A DNA stretch of 32,000 nucleotides, taken from the NCBI GenBank assembly GCA_947566075.1, contig CANOIM010000006.1, positions 91,930 through 123,929 of the forward strand, in the 5' to 3' direction. Under the pieces are notes generated by a model. The model worked only from the letters and a program-made list of their open reading frames with translations. It was not told the origin of the DNA and searched no databases. This document shows positions 1 to 6,797 of this stretch, piece after piece; within the stretch, counting starts at the first letter, position 1, and each line of letters starts with the position of its first letter. Source of the DNA: an uncultured Eggerthellaceae bacterium. GTDB lineage: Bacteria; Actinomycetota; Coriobacteriia; Coriobacteriales; Eggerthellaceae. The translations under genes were made by a program, and so were the position numbers.

Positions 1-212
1 AGGTCTTCCAAGTAGACCACCTCAGCGCCGTTGTCACGCAGATGCCCCGTGAATACATCGTGGTCTTTCGCGGCCTGCTGCGCCCAGACGACATCGTCAA
101 CGAGCTGGAACTCCCGAGAATCCGGCCGAACCGCATCGAAATAAAGCTCAGGACGCGAAACGAGGATCTTCTTCACATTCCCGACTTCCGAATAAACTTT
201 GATAGAGCTCAA
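1..212 (-). CDS. arcA: Arginine deiminase, N-terminal fragment (gene runs off the left edge of the window)
   Basis: Minus-strand frame reads (TTG)SSIKVYSEVGNVKKILVSRPELYFDAVRPDSREFQLVDDVVWAQQAAKDHDVFTGHLRDNGAEVVYLED, which looks like the conserved ADI N-terminus. AGGAGG (218-223, minus) lies 6 nt upstream of a TTG start at 210-212. Absent from the ORF track because it is truncated and starts with TTG. Sits directly downstream of arcD. Confidence 0.7.
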   Translation of the reverse strand, partial: MSSIKVYSEVGNVKKILVSRPELYFDAVRPDSREFQLVDDVVWAQQAAKDHDVFTGHLRDNGAEVVYLED

Positions 213-257
213 GATCAACCTCCTTATGCGATCAAAAGCGAACGACTGCGAAAACCT

Positions 258-1691
258 TTAGACGAGCCCCATCGCCAGCATCACGATGCTCACCACGGCG
301 AAGACGGCGAGCGCGACGAGAGCGATGACCTCCTTCGTGTTGAACACCTTCTCCACACCCGCCTCCTTGCGCGCCTGGTAGAAGAAGATGACGCCGATGA
401 GGAACGGCACGGACAGCACCATGATGTAGAAGATGCCTGATACGAACATCGCATAGAGCATATAGATGCTGCCTAGGGCGCCGATGACGATGTTGCGCAC
501 GCGCCCGGGCTCCTGAGGATTCTTGACGGCTCTGACTACGTTGTAGATGGTGATCATGACCCATGTCACCAAGATCGCGGAGCTGGACAGGGAGAAGGCG
601 AAGTTGTACGCATCCTCAGTGAAGTGCATGGAGATCAAGAGCAGCTGCGCCAACAGCGTCGTGAGGAAAAGCGAGAACATGGCGGTGCCGTTCTTGTTCC
701 GCTTGCCCCAACGAGAAGGAAGCAGGTGGTCGTCCGCCAGGATCTGCGTGGATTCCGTCGGCATGATCGTATAGGACAGCCATGCCCCTGCGATAGAGAT
801 GATGATGCAAGCCTCGATGATCTGCGCAGCCACGGGACCGATGTAGAACTCGAGGATCTTCCCGATGGAAGGCTCTCCAAGAGCGATGAATTCCTCTGCG
901 CTCATCAAGCCATAGGGGATGATCGAGCAGACGAACAGGAGCAAAGTCCCCACCACAAGGCCGATGATAGTGGCGCGAGAGGCGATGGATTTGCTTTTAG
1001 CGCGATTCGACATGAGCGCCGCCGCTTCAACCCCCATGAACAACCAGATGATAGACAGCATCGAATCAGTGGCCTGGCTGAACACCGACCCGAAATCGAA
1101 TCCTTCTCCCAGGGTCATGTTGCCGGCAAAGTTGCTCCAAAAATCAGTAGTGAAGGTACCGAAGTTGAAGAATCCCACCGTCACGCAGATGAACACCACC
1201 AGAGGGATGATCTTGATGACCGTGACGATGGTGTTCACGATCATAGCGTTCTCCACGCCCTTGCTTATGAGCAGGAAAATGGCCCACATGAAAAGAGACG
1301 CGATGATGATGGCGCCCCAACTCGTCCCCGTATCTCCCAACACCGGGAAGAACGTGCCAAGCGCGATCATCATCATGGTGGCGAATGCGATGTTGCCCAC
1401 CCATCCTGAAAGCCAATACCCCCACGCGCTCATGAACTCGCCGAGGGGGCCGAAGAGCTTCTGCGCGTAGCCGAACATGCCATCGCCTTCGGGCTCCTTC
1501 TCCAGCAGATTCTGGAGCGAGAGAACGAAGAGCAACATGCCGATGAAACAGATGACCCAGGCTACGATGGCGCCACCGGGTGAAGCGACCGTTCCGAGCT
1601 GGAACGCGATGTCGTACACACCGGAACCGATCATCCCTGCCAGGATCGCTGCCGTCATCGGCAGCAAGCCGAGCTTCTTCTCCGAACCCAT
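258..1691 (-). CDS. arcD: Basic amino acid/polyamine (APA/APC family) antiporter, arginine-ornithine antiporter ArcD-like
   Basis: 477 aa and polytopic. N-terminus MGSEKKLGLLPMTAAILAGMIGSGVYD and the AWGYWLSGWVGNIAF segment resemble ArcD-type APC permeases. Strong SD GAAGGAGGAGG upstream of the ATG. Immediately followed by arcA. Confidence 0.8.
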   Translation of the reverse strand: MGSEKKLGLLPMTAAILAGMIGSGVYDIAFQLGTVASPGGAIVAWVICFIGMLLFVLSLQNLLEKEPEGDGMFGYAQKLFGPLGEFMSAWGYWLSGWVGNIAFATMMMIALGTFFPVLGDTGTSWGAIIIASLFMWAIFLLISKGVENAMIVNTIVTVIKIIPLVVFICVTVGFFNFGTFTTDFWSNFAGNMTLGEGFDFGSVFSQATDSMLSIIWLFMGVEAAALMSNRAKSKSIASRATIIGLVVGTLLLFVCSIIPYGLMSAEEFIALGEPSIGKILEFYIGPVAAQIIEACIIISIAGAWLSYTIMPTESTQILADDHLLPSRWGKRNKNGTAMFSLFLTTLLAQLLLISMHFTEDAYNFAFSLSSSAILVTWVMITIYNVVRAVKNPQEPGRVRNIVIGALGSIYMLYAMFVSGIFYIMVLSVPFLIGVIFFYQARKEAGVEKVFNTKEVIALVALAVFAVVSIVMLAMGLV

Positions 1692-1715
1692 GCTTTCCTC
1701 CTCCTTCTAACCTCG

Positions 1716-1753
1716 TAATTCGTTTTTATCCTAATTAGGGTATTTACGAATTA
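1716..1753. promoter_or_regulatory. 38-bp imperfect palindrome (TAATTCGT..CCTAATTAGG..ACGAATTA) overlapping the arc -10/+1; candidate operator
   Basis: Outer arms TAATTCGT (1716-1723) and ACGAATTA (1746-1753) are exact reverse complements. The centre CCTAATTAGG (1730-1739) is a perfect 10-bp palindrome. The right arm overlaps the predicted -10. Confidence 0.35.
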
Positions 1754-1777
1754 TTCACAAAATCCCCAGGGTGTCAA
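1749..1777 (-). promoter_or_regulatory. Predicted sigma70-type promoter of arcD-arcA (TTGACA-17-ATAATT)
   Basis: On the minus strand: TTGACA (1772-1777), a 17-nt spacer, then ATAATT (1749-1754). This gives a leader of about 50 nt to the arcD ATG. The region is AT-rich in an otherwise GC-rich window. Confidence 0.5.
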
Positions 1778-1871
1778 TAAGTGATTCGGATATTTCCAAA
1801 TCTGTCTATTCACTGATTGAACAGGGGCACCATTGGAACAAGGAGGAGTAGTACTCTCCTGGATGAAGCAT

Positions 1872-1891
1872 GATTCGTATATATACGAATC
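1872..1891. promoter_or_regulatory. 20-bp perfect palindrome GATTCGTATATATACGAATC; candidate operator in the divergent intergenic region
   Basis: Exact dyad symmetry. It shares the ATTCGT/ACGAAT half-site with the 1716-1753 palindrome. Lies 59 bp upstream of the ArsR-like CDS. Confidence 0.35.
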
Positions 1892-1949
1892 TATACTAGA
1901 AACGGTCTGCTAGAATAAGGAAAACTGCGTTTGAAGACGAAAGAACGCC

Positions 1950-3029
1950 ATGATCATCACCAATACGGCTTCTTCCAAAGAGAAGCCGCGCATCAGCATA
2001 AAGTACAGCCCTGCCATCGAGGTCCCCTCGAGCTTGCGCTGCCTTGCGCAAACGGGGTCTTTGCCTGTTTCTGCAAGCAATGACAGCAACGCCCTCGATA
2101 AGATGGATGAGAAGATCCGCGCTGAATTCGATTATCTAAGCTCGATGAGCCTTGAATGGACGCTCGTAGTTGATCTGTTCTGCCATCTTGAACAGCACAA
2201 CATCGAAAATGTGAAGAGCTTGCTTGATACCTTCCCCTCCGTAGACACTGTCGACATCGTCTACGGAATGCTTTCGGGCCTTGTGCCGAAGCGCATGATC
2301 GGGCGTTTGCTCAAAGACCCTAGCTTGGTTGCGCAACTGGAAGACAAGCCTATTGCCGAGTGCGTTGAACTTGAATTCGTCCGCAGACTCGTCTCAGATG
2401 CGCAGCGCTTCCACAAGCGGCTTTCCTCCTTTTTGAGATGGTATTGGGAGCATGTTTTCGAAGAGATATGGCTAAAGATCGGGACTGAAGAGATCTCCTC
2501 GGTCCGCGTTGAGAATGATCTTCTAGCATCCCTGGGCACTGAGGGCTATTTGGAGACGTGCCACCCGGGACTGAAAGTGGTTGACAGGACGCTCACCGTG
2601 ATCGATGCCCCCCGGTTCTCTTGGCCGTTGCAAGAGATGAAAGCGGTTGATGTGTTCGTGAGCGCGTTCGTTGGTCCCCTTTTGATGGCCAATCAGTTCG
2701 GAGATACGCTCACTATCTTCAAGAACGTGCCCATCAGCGATCGGAAGACCAAAGAGGCCGACCTCCAAGAGCTTGCCGAATTCCTCAAAGCCATCGGCAG
2801 CTCCACCAAATTCCGCATCCTTGAGAAACTATATCAGTCACCGAAGACCACCAAGGAGCTTGCAGAGGCGCTTGATATGGCGCCAAGCTCCATATCAGAG
2901 CACTTGAAAGCGCTCCGCGCCGTTGAGCTGCTCTATCCACAACGCGTGAAGAACTCCGTCTACAACCGGTTCCTGTATGAGAATTACCAAGCCTTCGCAT
3001 CAAGGCTGCTGACCTATTTCGATCAGTAG
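1950..3029 (+). CDS. ArsR/SmtB-type winged-HTH regulator with a large (about 270 aa) uncharacterised N-terminal domain
   Basis: C-terminal segment LAEFLKAIGSSTKFRILEKLYQSPKTTKELAEALDMAPSSISEHLKALRAVELL is a typical ArsR HTH. The N-terminal 270 aa have no motif I recognise; the architecture resembles DUF5937+ArsR proteins, from memory. Confidence 0.6.
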   Translation: MIITNTASSKEKPRISIKYSPAIEVPSSLRCLAQTGSLPVSASNDSNALDKMDEKIRAEFDYLSSMSLEWTLVVDLFCHLEQHNIENVKSLLDTFPSVDTVDIVYGMLSGLVPKRMIGRLLKDPSLVAQLEDKPIAECVELEFVRRLVSDAQRFHKRLSSFLRWYWEHVFEEIWLKIGTEEISSVRVENDLLASLGTEGYLETCHPGLKVVDRTLTVIDAPRFSWPLQEMKAVDVFVSAFVGPLLMANQFGDTLTIFKNVPISDRKTKEADLQELAEFLKAIGSSTKFRILEKLYQSPKTTKELAEALDMAPSSISEHLKALRAVELLYPQRVKNSVYNRFLYENYQAFASRLLTYFDQ

Positions 3030-3069
3030 CGCCGCACTTCTTTCGCCTATATGCCTACCTCTTCATCAC

Positions 3070-3097
3070 CCGGCTCTCTTATCCAAGAGTGAGCCGG
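3070..3097. terminator. Hairpin between convergent genes (ArsR-like and fic)
   Basis: CCGGCTC..GAGCCGG outer stem with an inner CTCTT/AAGAG pairing. Located between two stop codons. No clear U-tract. Confidence 0.3.
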
Positions 3098-3101
3098 AGG
3101 T

Positions 3102-3713
3102 CTACAGACTACCCGTCTTGTAGGCCTCATAGCCCTCATAGGCGTAGCTGGCATCGATACCCTTCATGAAGGTCTCGCGGTCATTGACCTTGTTCGTCAG
3201 CGCCTCTTGGAGCAAGACCCTTATCTCAGTGTCTTTGATGGGGCTGCGCTCCATGGCAAGCAGATAGTCCTGCTTATCAACCTGCTGCCAATCAACCACC
3301 TTGCCAAGCTGGCTTTTTAAGATATGGTCGAGCCAGATCCTCATGCTGCGGCCGTTGCCCTCTCGGAACGGATGCGCGACGTTCATCTCCACGTATTTCC
3401 GGATGATATCCTCATAACAGCTCTGAGGCATCTTCTCCACCGAGGAGAGCGCTTCATCCAGATAGAGTGCAGAGGCGAAGCGGAAACCACCCTTCGCAAT
3501 GTCTTCCGTGCGCACCTTGCCCGCGAAATCGTACACATCCTGGAAGAGGTGCTGGTGGATGAACGCCAGCGTGGCGAAGGCACCTGGGGTCTTGTCTGTC
3601 AGCAGATCATCAGCGAAGAGCTCAGCCGCCCGGGCTTTGGTCAAACGCTCTTCGGCATCACAGAGCTCCATAGATGAGCTGATGCCAAGCTTGTTCTGCA
3701 AGACCATGTTCAC
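3102..3713 (-). CDS. fic: Class III Fic-domain protein (AMP transferase, NmFic-like) with a C-terminal autoinhibitory helix
   Basis: Canonical Fic motif HPFREGNGRSMR (H114). C-terminal S189-YAY-E193-G194 matches the inhibitory (S/T)xxxE(G/N) motif. Overall resemblance to the about 190-aa Neisseria NmFic type (YVEMN.AHPF.EGNGRS.RIWLD ... SY.YEGY). The track start at 3713 is a GTG; the ATG at 3707 has the better SD spacing (AGGAG, 9 nt). Confidence 0.85.
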   Translation of the reverse strand: MNMVLQNKLGISSSMELCDAEERLTKARAAELFADDLLTDKTPGAFATLAFIHQHLFQDVYDFAGKVRTEDIAKGGFRFASALYLDEALSSVEKMPQSCYEDIIRKYVEMNVAHPFREGNGRSMRIWLDHILKSQLGKVVDWQQVDKQDYLLAMERSPIKDTEIRVLLQEALTNKVNDRETFMKGIDASYAYEGYEAYKTGSL

Positions 3714-3733
3714 CGGCTCCTGATACAGAACGA

Positions 3734-3750
3734 GCCAGCGCGAAGCTGGC
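3734..3750 (-). terminator. Weak hairpin between tRNA-fMet and fic
   Basis: Minus strand GCCAGC-ttcgc-GCTGGC, followed by a moderately U-rich tcgttctgtatc. This may only partially terminate the tRNA transcript. Confidence 0.3.
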
Positions 3751-3761
3751 CCGTGAATGTT

Positions 3762-3838
3762 TGGTCGCGGGGGCAGGATTTGAACCTACGACCTCCGGGT
3801 TATGAGCCCGGCGAGCTACCAGACTGCTCCACCCCGCA
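3762..3838 (-). tRNA. tRNA-Met (CAU), initiator type
   Basis: 77-nt cloverleaf read by hand: TGCGGGG TG GAGC AGTCTGGTA GCTC G CCGGG CTCATAA CCCGG AGGTC GTAGG TTCAAAT CCTGC CCCCGCG A CCA. Three G:C pairs close the anticodon stem (G29-31:C39-41) and A11:U24 is present. Near-identical to E. coli tRNA-fMet. The 1:72 pair is non-Watson-Crick (U1.G72). Confidence 0.9.
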
Positions 3839-3877
3839 TCATCCAGCTTGCGGCACACGCGCCTCAAGCGATGTTCT

Positions 3878-3905
3878 ATGATACACGCATTCGACAGAAT
3901 TGCAA
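3878..3905 (-). promoter_or_regulatory. Predicted promoter for tRNA-fMet (TTGCAA-16-TATCAT)
   Basis: Minus strand TTGCAA (3900-3905), a 16-nt spacer, then TATCAT (3878-3883). About 40 nt upstream of the mature tRNA 5' end. Confidence 0.4.
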
Positions 3906-3913
3906 GGCAGGAT

Positions 3914-4393
3914 CTACTTGACGGTGACGACCGGTATGTCACACTCATGGAGCACGGCATAGCTGACGCTGCCGAGCATGGCCCGGAATGCCCCCAGTCC
4001 TCGCCTTCCCATGACGATCATGTCAACGCTATGCTCAGCAGCGTATTCGCAGATGCCATAGGCTGGCTTCGCCGCGGCATAGGCTGATACCTCTACCCCG
4101 CACTTCACCCCATCAAGCATGCCATCCACATCCTCATGCATGTTCTTGACGGTCTCTTCCTTCGCGTTCTCTAGCAGTGTGTTGAACGTGTCCATATCCG
4201 TGTAGACCTGGGACATGCCAACGACCGGCTGGATGGGAGAATCCAACCCGATGCCCGCCGATCCGATGGGGATGATGGAGACGATATGCATGGTGGCGTT
4301 CGCATCGTCACCGATCATATCCTTGGCCACGACCAGCGCCTCATGGGCCGGTTCGCTGCCGTCATACGCTACCATGATGTTCTTGTATAGCAT
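3914..4393 (-). CDS. Universal stress protein (UspA family)
   Basis: 159 aa. MLYKNIMVAYDGSEPAHEAL at the N-terminus and MIVMGRRGLGAFRAMLGSVS..V...DIPVV at the C-terminus are typical Usp ATP-binding motifs. Confidence 0.85.
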   Translation of the reverse strand: MLYKNIMVAYDGSEPAHEALVVAKDMIGDDANATMHIVSIIPIGSAGIGLDSPIQPVVGMSQVYTDMDTFNTLLENAKEETVKNMHEDVDGMLDGVKCGVEVSAYAAAKPAYGICEYAAEHSVDMIVMGRRGLGAFRAMLGSVSYAVLHECDIPVVTVK

Positions 4394-4473
4394 GATGCCT
4401 CCTTGAACGCGCGGACCACCGCAAGTATATCCGAAGGCATGTGCCCCACTGAGTCCCTTGAGGAAGGCGTTGC

Positions 4474-5271
4474 ATGAAGGTCATAGATTGTCACTGTCAT
4501 ATCTACCCAGAAAAGATAGCAGCGAAGGCCGTGGATGGCGTGGGGCGGTTCTATGCCATTGACATGGACGCCCCTGACGGGACCGCCGAGGGCCTGCTCA
4601 AGGCATGCGCAGGGTCTCCCATCAGCCATTTCGTAGTGCACTCCGTTGCCACCCGCCCAGAACAGGTGCAGTCCATCAATGATTTCATCGCTGACACTTG
4701 TGATGCCTATCCGGAATTCACCGGCTTCATGACGCTTCACCAAGACTTCGAAGACCCTGGAGCTGAGATAGAGCGCGCTTGCGCCCGGGGGCTCAAGGGG
4801 ATCAAGCTGCACCCGGATACCCAACGGGTGAACATGGACGACCCGCGGCTCATGACCATCTATGAGATAGCAGAGGGGCGCCTGCCCATCATCATGCACT
4901 GCGGGGATTATCGGTACGACTTCTCCCATCCGCGCCGGATGCGCAACGTGCTCAGAGCCTTCCCGGGCCTGGTGGTGGATGCCGCTCACTTCGGCGGCTG
5001 GTCCATCTATGACCTGGCGCTTGAGTACCTAGAGGATGAGAACTGCTACTTGGATATGTCAAGCTCAATGGCGCTTTTGGGCCTGCGTCGCACCGCAGAG
5101 CTCTGCCGCCTCTACGGATGCGACCGCATCCTCTTCGGAAGCGATTTCCCCATGTGGCTTCCCACCCAGGAGCTGGATCTGTTCCTGAGCGCGGGTTTCT
5201 CCGATGAAGAACTGGAGTTGATGCTGCACGGGAATGCTGAGCGGTTCTTGAGCGGAACTCAGCCCAAGTGA
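4474..5271 (+). CDS. Metal-dependent amidohydrolase (TIM-barrel, amidohydrolase-2-like)
   Basis: 265 aa. N-terminal MKVIDCHCHIYP (HxH metal motif), and later GIKLHP, MHCG and FGSDFP motifs. SD GAGGAAGG upstream. Confidence 0.7.
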   Translation: MKVIDCHCHIYPEKIAAKAVDGVGRFYAIDMDAPDGTAEGLLKACAGSPISHFVVHSVATRPEQVQSINDFIADTCDAYPEFTGFMTLHQDFEDPGAEIERACARGLKGIKLHPDTQRVNMDDPRLMTIYEIAEGRLPIIMHCGDYRYDFSHPRRMRNVLRAFPGLVVDAAHFGGWSIYDLALEYLEDENCYLDMSSSMALLGLRRTAELCRLYGCDRILFGSDFPMWLPTQELDLFLSAGFSDEELELMLHGNAERFLSGTQPK

Positions 5272-5789
5272 AGGGCTGAGCGAACCGCATTCGCCGCCTC
5301 TGTGATGGAAAGCCCGTTGATATCCACCGTCACATCGGCGAAGCGCTCATAGAGCGGCACACGCTCAGCGTAGAGCGCCTCCAGGCTCATGGCCCCTTCC
5401 TGGCGCATGACCACGCCACGCTCGGTGAAGTCAGAGAGCCGCTCCTCCAATTCCGGTAGGTCCACCTGCAGATACACGATCACGCCCTCTTCGGAGAGAT
5501 GGCCGATAGCCTCATGGGAATAGACGGCGCTCCCGCCGGTGGAGATGACGGTATGCTGGAAATCAAGGCTCTTCAGCACTTCGTTCTCAACTTGGATGAA
5601 CCCAGCTGGGCCCAGAGCGTCTATCAGGCGTTGGAGCGTCTTGTCGCAACGCTGCTGTATCACCAGGTCAACATCCACGAAATCGTAGTTCAGGATCTTC
5701 GCCAATACGATGCCGATGGTGGACTTGCCTGATCCCGGCATGCCGATCAGCACGATATTGCCCTCACATCCCAGCTCTTTCGGATCCAT
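5259..5789 (-). CDS. aroK: Shikimate kinase
   Basis: 176 aa. Walker A GMPGSGKSTIG, and the DxD and GGG(S)xV motifs typical of AroK. The 3' end overlaps the convergent amidohydrolase by 13 nt. Confidence 0.85.
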   Translation of the reverse strand: MDPKELGCEGNIVLIGMPGSGKSTIGIVLAKILNYDFVDVDLVIQQRCDKTLQRLIDALGPAGFIQVENEVLKSLDFQHTVISTGGSAVYSHEAIGHLSEEGVIVYLQVDLPELEERLSDFTERGVVMRQEGAMSLEALYAERVPLYERFADVTVDINGLSITEAANAVRSALHLG

Positions 5790-5858
5790 CTGCTTCCTTT
5801 CGATCAGCGGATGCTGTCTTGCATCCGTCTTCGCTCAAATCTAGCCCCTCTGGGAGCA

Positions 5859-6794
5859 TCAGTCTATGGCTGTGGCATCTTCTGTGATGGCTTCGTCAAC
5901 TTCCTCAGGCGGCTTCTTCAGAGGGAATGCTTCGCTCAAGATCACAGCCAAGAAGATCAGCACGAAACCCAGTCCCAAAGACAGGGTGAGCTGCTCGCCA
6001 TAGAGCAGGACGCTGGACAGCACGCCGAAGACGGATTCCAAGGAGAGCAGGATGGCCGCCTGGGAAGGCGGCACCTTCGCCACCGCAGCATTCTGGAAGC
6101 CCAACCCGATGCAAGAGGCGAAGATCACCAGGTAAGCCATGTTGAAGAGGAACTCAGGGGTGAGCGCCTCCATGTCAGGGGGTAGCTCGGTCAGCGCGCC
6201 AACGCCAACGCCCAGGATGCCTCCTACGGCGAACTGCACCACGGTGAGGGCCATGATGTCTGCGCGCTTCGCCACCAGGGCCGTGGCCACGATATGGGCG
6301 GCGAAGAGGACGCTGCAGACGAGCGTCATGCCGTCGCCGAAGCCGATGGAGAGGTCATCCCCTGAAAGCGAGACGAAGCCCACCCCCACCACGCAGAGCA
6401 CCGCAGCAGACAGGTTGAAGATGGTGGGACGACGCTTCGCCACCGCCCAGAACAGAAAGGGCACGATCACGCAGTAGACCGCTGTCAGGAAGGCATTCTT
6501 TCCCGGCGTGGTGAACTTGAGCCCAATGGTCTGCGTCCAATAGGCCGCGAAGAGCAGCACGCCCAAGAGCGCGCCACCCGTGAGAAGCGGCCGCCCGAAG
6601 CTGGCACGCAGGCGCTTCCAGAAGACCACCCCCAGAACAACGGTGGTGAGGAGGAAACGGATCCCTATGAGCCAGGAAGGCTCCATCACACCCACGGCAT
6701 CCTTCATGACCACGAAGGAAAGGCCCCAGATCATGGTGGCCACGACGATCATCAACTTGTACGCTGCCTGAGGAAGGCCCTTGCGCTCAGTCAC
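5859..6794 (-). CDS. EamA/DMT-superfamily transporter
   Basis: 311 aa, about 10 TM segments with a two-fold EamA-like repeat (IWGLSFVVMK...). GTG start 3 nt after the upstream stop codon. Confidence 0.75.
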   Translation of the reverse strand: MTERKGLPQAAYKLMIVVATMIWGLSFVVMKDAVGVMEPSWLIGIRFLLTTVVLGVVFWKRLRASFGRPLLTGGALLGVLLFAAYWTQTIGLKFTTPGKNAFLTAVYCVIVPFLFWAVAKRRPTIFNLSAAVLCVVGVGFVSLSGDDLSIGFGDGMTLVCSVLFAAHIVATALVAKRADIMALTVVQFAVGGILGVGVGALTELPPDMEALTPEFLFNMAYLVIFASCIGLGFQNAAVAKVPPSQAAILLSLESVFGVLSSVLLYGEQLTLSLGLGFVLIFLAVILSEAFPLKKPPEEVDEAITEDATAID

Positions 6795-6797
6795 CGG

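Noticed and set aside
42-564. Track ORFs 42-440 (+) and 232-564 (-)
   Set aside because: They overlap the arcA N-terminus and the arcD C-terminus out of frame or antisense. Their translations are R/H/D-rich with no motifs.
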